Below, in pieces: positions 1-9,699 of a stretch of DNA of 64,000 nt. How positions within the stretch are numbered: position 1 is the first letter of the stretch; every line of letters begins with the position of its first letter. Both the position numbers and the translations under genes were made by a program. Below the pieces are notes generated by a model. That model did no database searches and was not told where the DNA came from. It saw nothing but the letters and a program-made list of their open reading frames with translations. The stretch comes from Planctomycetota bacterium (GTDB lineage Bacteria; Planctomycetota; Phycisphaerae; Phycisphaerales; Phycisphaeraceae). The stretch lies in NCBI GenBank assembly GCA_039025195.1, contig JBCCOW010000010.1, forward strand, positions 7,909 to 71,908. The letters run 5' to 3'.

Positions 1-142
1 AGCGTTCTCGGGTCACTTCGGGCAGAGCCCGTCGGCGTACCGGCTGGCGTTGGATTCAGAATATCCAGCTTGAGGTTCAGCGCTGCTATGGGCTGGGTCA
101 GCTGGGGGTCGTAAGGTCTTCGCATCTTTCAAGGAGACTCAT

Positions 143-964
143 GTGCTGACCGAACTCAACGAATCGCAGTGGCTGGAATACGTGGACAAGGGTTACCTCC
201 GGTTGGGCAGGCTGCTCGATGCCGAGCGGCTCGCGTCGCTTCAGGAGCGGATCGATCAGATCATGCTCGGCACCGCGGATGTGGACTACGGCCGGATGCT
301 GATGCAGGAGGACAGCACCACCGGGGAGTACGCCGACGCAGGGGCGATGACCAAGGGCCACAAGGGCAGCCACCTGAACTACCGGAAGATCGAGCAGCTC
401 GAGTTCGACCGCGTCTTTCTGGAGTTGATGCAGGAGCCGATCTTCGAGCACTTGTGCAATCGGATTTATGGAGCGCACGTGCCGGTGGGCTGCTTCCGCG
501 CGATGTTTATGAACAAGCCCGCCAACCGCGGGACGTTCCTGCCTTGGCACCAGGACCGGTGGAAGTATCTGGACCGCGACCCGCTGCTGACGGTGTGGGT
601 CGCGCTGGACCCGGCGACACGCGCGAACGGGTGTGTCCAGGTCGTGCCGGGCACGCACCGGTACGGCGTGGTCAACGACGCGCACACGTCGGGGTTCATG
701 TCGGAACAACAGGTGGAGGAGATGTGTGACCCGTCGAAGCGCGAGTATCTGGAACTCGAGGCGGGTCAGGTCGTGATCCTGCACAACTGGCTGATGCACG
801 CGTCGGACCGGAACAACAGCGACCAGTCCCGGCGGGCGTTCTCGGTGTGCTACCTGGACGCGCGGACGCGGAACGCCAACGGCGGGGAGATGGATTTCCC
901 GACCGTGTTCGGTCCAGGCGCGTTGATGGCCGACGACTTGCCGGTGGGTGCGCCGGTGGCGTGA
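143..964 (+). CDS. Phytanoyl-CoA dioxygenase (PhyH) family Fe(II)/2-oxoglutarate-dependent oxygenase
   Basis: 273-aa ORF with a GTG start about 6 nt after AAGGAG (131-136). HxD of the facial triad is in LPWHQDRW and the distal His is in NWLMHASD. Overall layout is PhyH-like. Confidence 0.8.
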   Translation: MLTELNESQWLEYVDKGYLRLGRLLDAERLASLQERIDQIMLGTADVDYGRMLMQEDSTTGEYADAGAMTKGHKGSHLNYRKIEQLEFDRVFLELMQEPIFEHLCNRIYGAHVPVGCFRAMFMNKPANRGTFLPWHQDRWKYLDRDPLLTVWVALDPATRANGCVQVVPGTHRYGVVNDAHTSGFMSEQQVEEMCDPSKREYLELEAGQVVILHNWLMHASDRNNSDQSRRAFSVCYLDARTRNANGGEMDFPTVFGPGALMADDLPVGAPVA

Positions 965-1024
965 ACGTACCCGTCTCCCTGAGACTGCCGGGATGACTTG
1001 CGGGTCCGCCTCCCTTGAGACGGG

Positions 1025-2170
1025 TTATGGGTTCGGCTGAGCCGTGGCGACCGGGGTCTGTGCGATGCTGGTCAGGACGAGGGACTCCCAGCTCGGGAGT
1101 TGAGCGTGCGGGGCGTCGAGGAGCTGGGCGAGCAGGGGTGTGAGCTGAGGCTCGTAGAAGACGGCGTCGGCGAGGAGCGAGGTGGCTTGTTGGGGTTCAT
1201 AGAGCCGACCGATGCGATACTTTTCGAGTCCGGCGGCGGCGCGACGCCGGTCGAGATCGACACGGCTGTGGACCCATTCGCGGTGCTGCTTTTCGCCGGT
1301 GGCATAGGGGATGATGTATTGAACGGACTTTTGGACAGAGCCGCCGTTGGGTGAGGTCCAGTGGTAGAGGGCGTCGGGGTGCTTGCCATCGAGGAGGATC
1401 GAGAGCTGGATGAGCGGGCGGAGTGCGCTGCTGTGATAGGTCAGGGTGTCGCGTTCTCGGAGGTCATGGCTGGTGCCATCGGGGAAGAGGCTGGCGGCGA
1501 TGAAGCGCTGGGCGCCTTGGCGGGCGGTTTCGGTCCAGTCGGGTTTGTCGAGGATGCGTCCGGTGATGACGACGAGCCGAAGGGACTTGGTAAAGCGGTT
1601 GTTGAGACGGTTGCTGCGTTGGGCTTCTCGGGCGTGGTGCTTGCCGAGGGCGAGGACCCAGGCCTCGACGCGCTCCTGCTGCGGGGCGGTGAACTGTTCG
1701 CGGAGCGCGAGGTAGGCGACCAGCAGGGGGTAGAGCTTGTTCTCGTTGACGTCGTTGCCGGTGGGTTCGTACGTGTCTGCCCAGGCGATGATGATCTGCT
1801 GGAGTTTCGCGGCGAACGCGGAGTCTGAGGTCGCCTGCCAGGCGCGGAGGAGCCGGGCGGTGTCGCTCATCTGCCGCAGGGATTCGACGGCTTTGATGCG
1901 TTTGGGGTGGGTGTTGACCAGGCCCTCGTAGTGGATGACACGGAGCGGGGTGAGGGGCCGGTCGAGGGTCGCGCGGGCGGCGTCGATTTCCAACTGGGCG
2001 AGTTCGGCGGCGCGGGGGTTGGTCTGGATCAGTTGCTGGAGCTGGTGCTGCTGCTCGGCGGTGAGCGGCAGGACGGGGGCGATCTTGAATTCACCGACCT
2101 CTGCAGACGTGACGGGGGCGAGCAGGGCGAGTGCGAAGACGCAAGGGATGATCCGGGTTGAGACAGGCAT
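1025..2170 (-). CDS. Secreted polysaccharide-lyase-like protein (alginate-lyase-family-like); function tentative
   Basis: The track ORF extends to 2332, but that extension overlaps the guaA 3' end. The internal ATG at 2170 gives a signal peptide (MPVSTRIIPCVFALALLAPVTSAE). The family call comes from weak recollection of the alginate_lyase fold (NNRF.., LTYHSSAL). Confidence 0.45.
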   Translation of the reverse strand: MPVSTRIIPCVFALALLAPVTSAEVGEFKIAPVLPLTAEQQHQLQQLIQTNPRAAELAQLEIDAARATLDRPLTPLRVIHYEGLVNTHPKRIKAVESLRQMSDTARLLRAWQATSDSAFAAKLQQIIIAWADTYEPTGNDVNENKLYPLLVAYLALREQFTAPQQERVEAWVLALGKHHAREAQRSNRLNNRFTKSLRLVVITGRILDKPDWTETARQGAQRFIAASLFPDGTSHDLRERDTLTYHSSALRPLIQLSILLDGKHPDALYHWTSPNGGSVQKSVQYIIPYATGEKQHREWVHSRVDLDRRRAAAGLEKYRIGRLYEPQQATSLLADAVFYEPQLTPLLAQLLDAPHAQLPSWESLVLTSIAQTPVATAQPNP

Positions 2171-2225
2171 GGGGTCCAATCCAATTTGGTGTGGCTGAGC
2201 AGGGGTTGTCCCGAGCGGGTCGGGC

Positions 2226-3833
2226 TTACTCCCACTCGATGGTGGCGGGGGGTTTAGAACTGATGTCGTAGACGACGCGGTTAACGCCACGGACCTCGTT
2301 GATGATGCGGTTGGAGATCTTCGCCAAGACATCGAAGGGGATGCGGGCCCAGTCGGCGGTCATGAAGTCCTGGGACTCGACGGCACGGATGGCGACGACC
2401 TGTTCGTGAGTACGACCATCGCCCATCACGCCAACGGCTTTGACGGGCAGGAGGACGGCGAAGACCTGGGCGGTCTTGCGGTAGAGCTGGTTGGCGACGA
2501 TCTCTTCGAGGAGGATTTCGTCGGCGTCGCGGAGCAGATCGAGTTGGGGTTTGGTGACTTCGCCGAGGACGCGGACGGCGAGGCCGGGGCCGGGGAAGGG
2601 GTGTCGCCAGACGATGGCGTCGGGGAGGCCGAGGACGGTGCCGAGCTGGCGGACTTCGTCCTTGAAGAGATTGCGGAGGGGCTCGATGAGGTCGAAGCCG
2701 AGCTGCTCGGGGAGGCCGCCGACGTTGTGGTGGAGCTTGATGTTGGCGGCGGTGCCGGCGTAGCCGTGGCCGGACTCGATGACGTCGGGGTAGAGGGTGC
2801 CTTGGGCGAGGAACTTGGTGTCGGCGTCGCCGGTGAGTTTGGCGGCTTCTTCCTTGAAGACATCAATGAAGCGGTGCCCAATGCGGGTGCGTTTCTCTTG
2901 CGGATCGGTGATGCCGGCGAGGTCGCCGAGGAACTGGGACTCGGCATCGGCAACGCGGAGGTCGATGTCGAAGTGGTCGCGGAAGGTCTGTTCGACGAGG
3001 CCGCGTTCGCCTTTCCGCAGCAGGCCGTTGTCGACGAAGATGCAGGTGAGCTGGTCGCCGATGGCCTTGCTGAGCAGGGCGGCGACAACGGAGGAATCGA
3101 CCCCGCCGGAGAGGCCGCAGATCACGCGGGCGTCGCCGACCTGCTCCCGGATGCGCACCGCCTCGGCGTTGAGGAAGTCGGCCATCTTCCAACTGCCCTT
3201 GCAGTCACAGACGGAGAAGAGGAAGTTGCGGAGGATGTCCTGGCCGTGGGGCGTGTGGGTGACTTCGGGGTGGAACTGGACGCCGAAGAACGGTCGGTCG
3301 CGGTGCCGGACGGCGGCGTAGGGGCAGGTGCTGGTCTGGGCGAGGGGGATGAAGGAATCGGGCAGGGCGTTGACCTGGTCGCCGTGGGACATCCAGGCGG
3401 TGGTGTGCTGGGGGACGGCCTTGAGGAAGGGGTCGTTGGGCTCGGTGAGGGTGAGCTTAACGCCGCCGTATTCGCGGGCGGAGGCGTTGCGGACGTCGGC
3501 CCCGAGGAGGTCGCAGGCGAGCTGCATGCCGTAGCAGATACCAAGGACGGGGACGCCGAGGTCGAGGAGCCTGGGGTCGCAGGCGGGGGCGTCGTCTTCG
3601 TAGACGGAAGAGGGGCCGCCGGAGAGGATGATGCCCTTGAGAGATAGCTTGGCGAGCTCGTCGGGGTCGACGCCGGGGCCGACCATCATGGAATAGACGC
3701 CGGCCTCACGGACGCGTCGGGCGATGAGCTGAACGTACTGGGAGCCGAAGTCGACGATGGGGACGACCTCGCGGACGCCGGCGGGGAGGGGTTCCAGCGG
3801 TGGGGTTTCGGTGGCGGTGGGGGGGGTGGGCAT
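2226..3833 (-). CDS. guaA: GMP synthase (glutamine-hydrolysing)
   Basis: 535 aa. It has the GATase-1 domain (GICYGMQL), the ATP-PPase P-loop ([10 protein letters not shown]) and the canonical C-terminus PPATIEWE. Confidence 0.95.
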   Translation of the reverse strand: MPTPPTATETPPLEPLPAGVREVVPIVDFGSQYVQLIARRVREAGVYSMMVGPGVDPDELAKLSLKGIILSGGPSSVYEDDAPACDPRLLDLGVPVLGICYGMQLACDLLGADVRNASAREYGGVKLTLTEPNDPFLKAVPQHTTAWMSHGDQVNALPDSFIPLAQTSTCPYAAVRHRDRPFFGVQFHPEVTHTPHGQDILRNFLFSVCDCKGSWKMADFLNAEAVRIREQVGDARVICGLSGGVDSSVVAALLSKAIGDQLTCIFVDNGLLRKGERGLVEQTFRDHFDIDLRVADAESQFLGDLAGITDPQEKRTRIGHRFIDVFKEEAAKLTGDADTKFLAQGTLYPDVIESGHGYAGTAANIKLHHNVGGLPEQLGFDLIEPLRNLFKDEVRQLGTVLGLPDAIVWRHPFPGPGLAVRVLGEVTKPQLDLLRDADEILLEEIVANQLYRKTAQVFAVLLPVKAVGVMGDGRTHEQVVAIRAVESQDFMTADWARIPFDVLAKISNRIINEVRGVNRVVYDISSKPPATIEWE

Positions 3834-3954
3834 GGGTGTTGGGGAGATGAGGGAAACCGAGGAGGATAACGCAGCGGCGGGTTGGCCGGGCCGACACGGC
3901 CCGGCTTGCTGATCCGGCTCGCTGGGCGTGAGGGTGACTTGTTAGATTGCGGGG

Positions 3955-5409
3955 ATGCCTGAACCTGCTGTGACACCGGAACGCCCGAACTTGCTCCTGA
4001 TCACGACGGACCAGCAGCGCTGGGACGGGATGCGGCTCAACCGCCCGGAGGTGCCGCTGCGGACGACGAACATGGACTGGCTGGCGTCGTCGGGGACGAA
4101 CTTCACGCGGGCCTACACGACTTGCCCGGTGTGTGTGCCGGCGAGGCGGACGCTGTTGACAGGGCTGCACCCGACGACGCACGGGCTGACGTGTTACGCG
4201 GAGCGGGAATGGGACCCGCCGTTCACGGTGCCGGGGCTGCTGCGGGACGCGGGGTATCAGACGCAGCTGATCGGGAAGCTGCACCAGTACCCGCAGCGGA
4301 AGCGGTTTGGGTTTGAGCACATGGTGCGGTCGGAGTCGCCGAACCATCGGCCGACGTCGCCGACGCAGCCGGTGAACGACTACACCGACTGGCTGCTGAA
4401 GCGTGATCCTGGGATTCAGCCGAACAACCACGGCATCAACGGGAACTCGCGGATTGGTCGGCCGTTCAATCTCGACGAGAACCTGCACCACAGTTCGTGG
4501 CTGGCGGATGAGGCGATCGACTTCCTGACGCAGAAGCGCGACCCGTCGTGCCCGTGGTTTTTGCACTTATCGTTCTGGGCCCCGCACCCGCCGCTGATCC
4601 CGCCGCAGGCGTACTGGGATTTCTATAAGGACACCGAACACGAGCCGGTGATCGCGGGGTGGGCGAAGGCGATCGGTGGCGGCGCGATCGGGCAGCCGCC
4701 GGACGCTCGGCTGGGCGACTTTGACCGTGAAGAGCTTCGGCGTGCGGTGGCCGGTTACTACGGGCTGATCCATCACATCGACGACCGGATCCGAGCGGTG
4801 CTGGAGCGCTACTTCGAGTATGGCAACCCCCGGAAAAACGAGCCGGTTCTGATCGTGTTTACTTCGGACCACGGGGAGATGCTGGGGGACCACCATCTGT
4901 TCCGGAAGTCGCTGCCGTACGAGGCGTCTGCCCACGTACCGTTCTTCGTGCACGGCTACAATATGGGGCTGCCGGGCGGGATCACCAGCGACGCGTTGGT
5001 CTCGCTGGAGGATGTGGGGGTGACGCTGCTGGACGCGGCGGGGGTGGCCTTGCCTGGAGCGTTGGACGGGCCGAACGAGGGCAAGTCGCTGATGCCGATC
5101 GTGCGGGGTGAGGGCGGGACGACGCGGGAGGTTCTCTTTGGGCAGATCGAGGCGGGGGGGTGCTCGCACCACTACGTGGTCAAGGGGCCGATGAAGTACG
5201 TGCGGTTTCAGCACACAGGCGAAGAGCAGCTGTTCGATGTGTTGAGCGATCCGGACGACACGACCGACCTGTCGGGGGATGCGGAACGGTTGGGCGCGAT
5301 GCGCACGGTGTTGGACGCGCAGCTGCAGGCGACAGGGCAGGTGGTGCGGGATGCAGGGGAGTTGGAGCCGTGCGCGGGGCGGTGTCCACGGCAGTTGATG
5401 ACGGGGTGA
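3955..5409 (+). CDS. Formylglycine-dependent sulfatase (arylsulfatase family)
   Basis: 484 aa. N-terminal LLLITTDQQR and the CxPxR signature in CPVCVPARRTLLTG. C-terminal sulfatase core SDHGEMLGDH. Confidence 0.9.
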   Translation: MPEPAVTPERPNLLLITTDQQRWDGMRLNRPEVPLRTTNMDWLASSGTNFTRAYTTCPVCVPARRTLLTGLHPTTHGLTCYAEREWDPPFTVPGLLRDAGYQTQLIGKLHQYPQRKRFGFEHMVRSESPNHRPTSPTQPVNDYTDWLLKRDPGIQPNNHGINGNSRIGRPFNLDENLHHSSWLADEAIDFLTQKRDPSCPWFLHLSFWAPHPPLIPPQAYWDFYKDTEHEPVIAGWAKAIGGGAIGQPPDARLGDFDREELRRAVAGYYGLIHHIDDRIRAVLERYFEYGNPRKNEPVLIVFTSDHGEMLGDHHLFRKSLPYEASAHVPFFVHGYNMGLPGGITSDALVSLEDVGVTLLDAAGVALPGALDGPNEGKSLMPIVRGEGGTTREVLFGQIEAGGCSHHYVVKGPMKYVRFQHTGEEQLFDVLSDPDDTTDLSGDAERLGAMRTVLDAQLQATGQVVRDAGELEPCAGRCPRQLMTG

Positions 5410-5479
5410 GGCATCGGGCACGCCAGGTGCCCCCGGGCAGAGCCCGGGGCTAACGGGGGGAGTGATTTACAATCGGTGG

Positions 5480-6373
5480 ATGGCCCGCGTCGTGGTTTGC
5501 ATCGTGATCGTTTGTGCGTCGCTGCCGGTGTTTGCGGTGCCGGAGCTGACGGCCGGGCAGCGGCGGCAGCTGGACGCGACCGTGGACGGGGACGACCGGT
5601 TTGATGAGGGGCCGTTGTACGCGTTGCTGTCGGCGGCGGTGGGCTGGCCGAATGGCGACGAGGGCGGAGCGGTGTTGATGGGTGCGGAGCAGTGGGCAGC
5701 GGTGCGGGCGGAGCCGGGGGACTGGCGGGGGCGTGCGGTGGTGTTCGCGGGGCAGGTCAAGCGGGTGCGGGATGTACGTCTGCAGCGGTCGGGGGCGTGG
5801 GGGGAGTCGGTGACGGAAATCGCGCTGGCGGTCGAGGGGCTGGATGAGGCGGGGCAAGGGCGGGTGGTGCTGGTGTATTGGGTGGGGCAGGCGAGCCCAC
5901 AGAATCCCTCGGCTTCTGTGGGCTTGGGAGAGGGCGACCGGGTGCGGTTGGCGGCGTGGTTCTACAAGTGGTGGCGGGAAGAGCTGGGGCAGTCGACGGA
6001 CGGGGAGTACGCGATGTTTGTGGGTGGATCGGTGGTGGTGACGGAGAGCGCTTCGGGGCCCGGTGCGGGGACGGGTGGGGCGGGTGGGGTGGGTGGGGTG
6101 AACCGGGTGTGGCTGGTGGGGGCGATGGTGCTGGCGGGGCTGGTGGGGCTGGTGCTGGTTCGGCGTTACAAGGCGGCGAGGGTGACGCCGGTGCTGCTGC
6201 CGAGTCAGCGGCTGCGGGACCGCCGGCTGGCGCGGGAGGCGGCGGAGGCGGAGCGGGAGGCGTTGTTGGAAGAGGCGGAGTTGGCGGGGCTGCCGGAGGA
6301 CGCGGCGGAGGCGTTGGGGGTGTTGGAGTCGCGGGGGGAAACCACAGAGGCGCAGAGACACAGAGAAGGGTGA
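5480..6373 (+). CDS. Hypothetical exported or membrane-anchored protein
   Basis: An in-frame ATG at 5480 gives the signal peptide MARVVVCIVIVCASLPVFA. There is a Gly-rich linker, one C-terminal TM (VWLVGAMVLAGLVGLVLV) and a charged tail. The last ~10 codons are supplied by a REP-like repeat. Confidence 0.5.
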   Translation: MARVVVCIVIVCASLPVFAVPELTAGQRRQLDATVDGDDRFDEGPLYALLSAAVGWPNGDEGGAVLMGAEQWAAVRAEPGDWRGRAVVFAGQVKRVRDVRLQRSGAWGESVTEIALAVEGLDEAGQGRVVLVYWVGQASPQNPSASVGLGEGDRVRLAAWFYKWWREELGQSTDGEYAMFVGGSVVVTESASGPGAGTGGAGGVGGVNRVWLVGAMVLAGLVGLVLVRRYKAARVTPVLLPSQRLRDRRLAREAAEAEREALLEEAELAGLPEDAAEALGVLESRGETTEAQRHREG

Positions 6374-6390
6374 TCTGTGGTGTGTTTTGA
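6342..6390. repeat. REP-like element copy A (core GAGACACAGAG, flanking inverted CCACAGA/TCTGTGG)
   Basis: Core at 6355-6365. A 7-bp inverted repeat lies at 6342-6348 and 6374-6380, followed by a GGTGTGTTTT tail. It is similar to the elements at 6834-6908. Confidence 0.7.
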
Positions 6391-6402
6391 GTTAGTGTTG
6401 TT

Positions 6403-6789
6403 TTAGCGGGTGAGCGGGGTGAGTTTTCGGAGGGCGGGGTAGCGGAGGAAGAGGGCGAGCCAGGCGACGATGCCGAAGGCGAGGGGGACGGGCCAGTCGG
6501 GCAGATCGATGCGGACGTAGGTAGCGATGGCCCCGCCGAAGTAGCCGACGATGAGGGTCGCCCCGAGGACCGCGGTTTTCGGGAACAGGAACAGGGCGAC
6601 GCAGACGAACTCGATGACGGCAAGGGTGGGGAGGTTGTCCTGGGTCCAGCCGATCTTCTCGACGGACTCGAGGTAGCCGGCCGGGGCGATGAGCTTGACG
6701 ATGCCGGAGCCGGTCATGGCAGCGGCGATGAGGGCGGTGAGGATCCAGCCGGTGATGTGGGCGGGTTTGCCGGGTTTGGTGGTGGCCAT
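6403..6789 (-). CDS. DoxX-like family small membrane protein
   Basis: 128 aa with four predicted TM segments. Sequence is DoxX_2-like (GSGIVKLIAP..., FVCVALFLFPKTAVLGATLIVGYFGGAI). Confidence 0.7.
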   Translation of the reverse strand: MATTKPGKPAHITGWILTALIAAAMTGSGIVKLIAPAGYLESVEKIGWTQDNLPTLAVIEFVCVALFLFPKTAVLGATLIVGYFGGAIATYVRIDLPDWPVPLAFGIVAWLALFLRYPALRKLTPLTR

Positions 6790-6833
6790 GTTGATTCCCT
6801 TGTGGTGTGGACAGGCGTCGGTATGACAGCGTT

Positions 6834-6908
6834 AAGGAGACACGGAGACACAGAGGAATATTCCGGAGATCACCGGTTTGGTGTTTTTCTCTGCGTCTCT
6901 GTGTCTCC
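6834..6908. repeat. REP-like element copies B/C (inverted pair, core GAGACACAGAG)
   Basis: GGAGACACAGAG at 6844-6855 is the reverse complement of CTCTGTGTCTCC at 6897-6908, giving a 12-bp stem with a 41-nt loop. There is an extra GAGACAC half-copy at 6836-6842. The loop carries GATC...GGTGTTTTT, as in copy A. Confidence 0.75.
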
Positions 6909-6977
6909 AAATCTCCGTGATATCAGATCGTGGCGGAGCCGGATGCAGCGGTGCGTTGACGGGGGTAGATTGCGGAA

Positions 6978-8096
6978 ATGGCGATAGTTTCGATCGAGTT
7001 GAATGACGGTGGGGGTGATGGGCGGGGGTATGACGTGGTGGTGGAGCTGGGGGTGTTGGAGCGGCTGGGGTCGGTGGTGGCGGAGGTTGCACGGCACGGG
7101 AAAGCGGCGGTGATTGTGGATGAGGGGGTGGAGGCGGACTGGGGGCGGCCGGTGGCGAAGGCGCTGCAGGGGGCGGGGTTTGAGACAGAAGTGGCGGTGA
7201 TGCCGGTGAGCGAGAAGAAGAAGACGCTGGGGACGGTGCGGAACCTGTACGAGGTGCTGCTGGAGGCGCAGCTGGAGCGGGGGAGCCCGGTGGTGGCGGT
7301 GGGGGGTGGGATCACGGGGGACGTGGCGGGGTTTGTGGCGGCGACGTATCTGCGGGGGGTGCCTTTTGTGAACGTGCCGACGAGTCTGCTGGCGATGGTG
7401 GACGCGTCGGTGGGCGGGAAGACGGGGGTGAATGTGCCGCAGGGGAAGAATCTGATCGGGGCGTTCTGGCAGCCGAGGGCGGTGGTGATCGATCCGAACG
7501 TGCTGGAGACGCTGCCGGATCGACAGCTGCGGTGTGGGCTGGCGGAGTGCGTGAAGCACGGGGTCTTGGGGGACGAAGAGCTGTTTACGTGGATCGAGGA
7601 GAAGGCGGAGGCGATCCTGGCGAAGGAGCCGATGACGCTGGCGGAGCTGATCGAGCGGAACGTGCGGATCAAGGCGGCGGTGGTAGAGGCGGACGAGCGG
7701 GAGGCGGGGGTGCGGGCGCACCTGAACCTGGGGCACACGTTCGGTCACGCGATCGAAGCGACGAACCGGTACTCCGGGCTGATGCACGGCGAGGCGGTGT
7801 CGGTGGGGATGATCGCAGCAGCGAAGCTGGCGGTGGCGCGTCGGCTGTGTTCGCCGGAAGTTGAACAACGGATCGGCGTGTTGTTAGAGAGGTTGGGGTT
7901 GCCGACGGTGGTGGAGCTGGCGCCGATCGACTTCCTGATGCGGGCGATGCGGCTGGACAAGAAGGTGAAGGACGGGAAGGTTCGGCTGGTGCTGCCGACG
8001 CGGATCGGCGAGGTGGTGGTGGTGGACGACGCGACGGAGTCGGAGGTGGAGGCGGCGTGGGCGGGGGTGTCGGCGGAGGGTGTTGCGGGGAGTTGA
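6978..8096 (+). CDS. aroB: 3-dehydroquinate synthase
   Basis: 372 aa. Glycine-rich NAD site GGGITGDVAGFVAATYLRG, followed by PTSLLAMVDASVGGKTGVN and metal ligands HLNLGHTFGHA. Confidence 0.93.
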   Translation: MAIVSIELNDGGGDGRGYDVVVELGVLERLGSVVAEVARHGKAAVIVDEGVEADWGRPVAKALQGAGFETEVAVMPVSEKKKTLGTVRNLYEVLLEAQLERGSPVVAVGGGITGDVAGFVAATYLRGVPFVNVPTSLLAMVDASVGGKTGVNVPQGKNLIGAFWQPRAVVIDPNVLETLPDRQLRCGLAECVKHGVLGDEELFTWIEEKAEAILAKEPMTLAELIERNVRIKAAVVEADEREAGVRAHLNLGHTFGHAIEATNRYSGLMHGEAVSVGMIAAAKLAVARRLCSPEVEQRIGVLLERLGLPTVVELAPIDFLMRAMRLDKKVKDGKVRLVLPTRIGEVVVVDDATESEVEAAWAGVSAEGVAGS

Positions 8097-8148
8097 CCGC
8101 ATGAAACGGGACGCTTCGCGTCTTCCGCTACACGGGACGCGGTCGGGA

Positions 8149-8859
8149 CTATTGGCTGCGGTCGGCGCCGCTGAAGAAGAAGTCGCCGAGGCCCGAGGCG
8201 AAGATGAGGATGCCGAAGAGGCTGTGCTCGATGCTGGAGAGCAGCAGCGAGCGGTGTCGGTATTGGGTGAGGGTGAAGAGGGTGCCGCCGACGAGGGTGA
8301 GGACGATGGCGATCCAGTTCTCGAAGAGCAGGTGCATGTACGAGAAGGTGACGATGGCGATCACGATCCGGGTGGCGTCGCGCGGGACGAGCTGGCGGTA
8401 GCGGTGCAGGAGGAAGACCCGGCAGATTACGCCCTGCGGGTAGACCGAGAGGATGGGGTACCCGACGGTGATGATGAGCATGATGTGCGGGGCGTCACGG
8501 ATGAGCGAGGCGAAGCGGTCGGGCATGAACAGGTAGACGCCGGCGGTCAGGGCAGAGCCGAGGATCAGGAAGCGGAGCAGGACGAGCCGGATGCCTCGGG
8601 GGACGGCGGTGGCCCGCCAGAGATCGCGTTTGTCGAAGGTGGGGTCGCGGAGCAGGTGCCAGAGGCAGTAGGCCATGGCCGCCCAGAGGATGGGGAACGG
8701 GCGGATGCGGGCGACGTCGTGGTTGTGGATGTACCAGACCACCAGGGGGACGAGCCCGGCGAGGACGAACAGCTCGACGCTGAGCCAGAACCGCCGCTGC
8801 GGCGTGAAGGGCTTGCCGGGGGTGTGCCGTGTCTCCGCAAGGGGTATTGCAGCACTCAT
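8149..8859 (-). CDS. CPBP (CAAX-protease)-like intramembrane protein; catalytic Glu-Glu motif not evident
   Basis: The ATG at 8859 overlaps the lipB stop (ATGA), which argues against the longer track ORF. It is a multi-TM protein with FSYMHLLFENW and SIEHSLFG motifs resembling CPBP motifs 2 and 3. The motif-1 position reads PQGVICRVF rather than EExxFR. Confidence 0.5.
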   Translation of the reverse strand: MSAAIPLAETRHTPGKPFTPQRRFWLSVELFVLAGLVPLVVWYIHNHDVARIRPFPILWAAMAYCLWHLLRDPTFDKRDLWRATAVPRGIRLVLLRFLILGSALTAGVYLFMPDRFASLIRDAPHIMLIITVGYPILSVYPQGVICRVFLLHRYRQLVPRDATRIVIAIVTFSYMHLLFENWIAIVLTLVGGTLFTLTQYRHRSLLLSSIEHSLFGILIFASGLGDFFFSGADRSQ

Positions 8860-9602
8860 TGAGGGTTGGGGCAGCAGGAGGCCGGGGGGTTTGCGAGGTG
8901 TCGTTGGAAGGCTTGGTAGAGGGTCTGCTGCACCGTCGCGTGATCGGGGCAATCGGGGCCGAGGAGGTGTTGGAGGCTGGTGACGGGTCGGCCCGGGAGG
9001 CCGCAGGGGACGATGGTGTCGAAGTGGGCGAGGTTGGTGGTGAGGTTGAGGGCGAGCCCGTGGAGGGTGGTGTTTTTGCGGATGCGGACGCCCATGGCGC
9101 AGAGCTTGGCGGGGGCGTTGGGGTTTTGAGGGTCGTTGGCCCAGACGCCGGTGGCACCGGCCTCGGTGTGGCCTTTCACACCGAAGGCGGCGACGGTGTC
9201 GAGAACCACGGCTTCGAGCAGCCGCATGTATCGGCCGAGGTTGAGCCCGAAGTCGGCGAGGCGGAGGATGGGGTAAGCGACGAGCTGGCCGGGGCCGTGG
9301 TAGGTGATGTCGCCGCCGCGGTCGGTCTCGTGGACCGCGATGCCGAGGGCTTCGAGTTGCTTCGGGGAGGCGACGAGGTGTTCGCGGATGCCCTTGCGTC
9401 GGGTGAGGGTGATGACGGGGGGGTGTTCGACGGTGACGAGGACGGGGCCGGACTCGCCGGTGGCAACGCGTTGATTGAGAGCGCGTTGGCGGTCGAAGGC
9501 CTCGGCGTAGTCGAGGGTGCCCCAGTCGTCGAGCGTCAGAGTGTGAACCCTGGAGTTGGGTGGGACGGGTGGGGAGGTCTCCGGCGTCGCGGTGTCCATC
9601 AC
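8856..9602 (-). CDS. lipB: Lipoyl(octanoyl) transferase
   Basis: 248 aa. Contains RGGDITYHGPGQLVAYPIL and KLCAMGVRIRKNTTLHGLALNL (catalytic Cys/Lys region). Confidence 0.9.
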   Translation of the reverse strand: MMDTATPETSPPVPPNSRVHTLTLDDWGTLDYAEAFDRQRALNQRVATGESGPVLVTVEHPPVITLTRRKGIREHLVASPKQLEALGIAVHETDRGGDITYHGPGQLVAYPILRLADFGLNLGRYMRLLEAVVLDTVAAFGVKGHTEAGATGVWANDPQNPNAPAKLCAMGVRIRKNTTLHGLALNLTTNLAHFDTIVPCGLPGRPVTSLQHLLGPDCPDHATVQQTLYQAFQRHLANPPASCCPNPQ

Positions 9603-9699
9603 GGCATCATAGACCTCGGGCCACTACCCTACCGCTGCTTAGCGGTGCGCCGACGGCACCCTGGCCCGCAAGATCACCCTGCTGAAAGCCCCCTCGGCG

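Noticed and set aside
1-125. Possible minus-strand gene start at 125 (hand translation MRRPYDPQLTQPIAALNLKLDILNPTPAG...) running off the left edge of the window.
   Set aside because: Only about 41 codons are visible and there is no motif. Just 17 bp would separate it from the divergent PhyH start. This is not enough evidence to call a CDS.
98-799. Many long ORFs in the track lie antisense to, or out of frame with, well-supported genes. Examples:
- 98-799 (-)
- 2406-3647 (+)
- 3706-4566 (-)
- 4567-5421 (-)
- 5450-6361 (-)
- 14034-15362 (-)
- 17260-18243 (+)
- 19603-21126 (-)
- 25199-26089 (+)
- 32235-33257 (-)
- 38044-38784 (-)
- 39538-40599 (-)
- 40648-41763 (-)
- 45526-46575 (-)
- 47794-48990 (+)
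- 49474-50553 (-)
- 59237-61003 (-)
- 59359-60600 (+)
- 62379-63491 (+)
   Set aside because: In a ~70% GC genome, stop codons are rare in non-coding frames. These ORFs translate to Arg/Pro/Gly/Ala-rich low-complexity sequence with no motifs. Each one overlaps a gene that has clear family signatures on the other strand or in another frame.
1025-2332. Long 5' extensions of track ORFs: 1025-2332, 8149-8952, 41873-42820, 43882-45135, 45739-47421, 49603-51024, 51035-52018, 54071-54970, 56027-56731, 56924-57550, 62418-63617 and 28396-29766.
   Set aside because: The extensions overlap neighbouring genes or the tRNA, or precede obvious signal peptides, N-terminal family motifs, or ATGA/SD-supported internal starts. 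Shorter coordinates are reported in the features.
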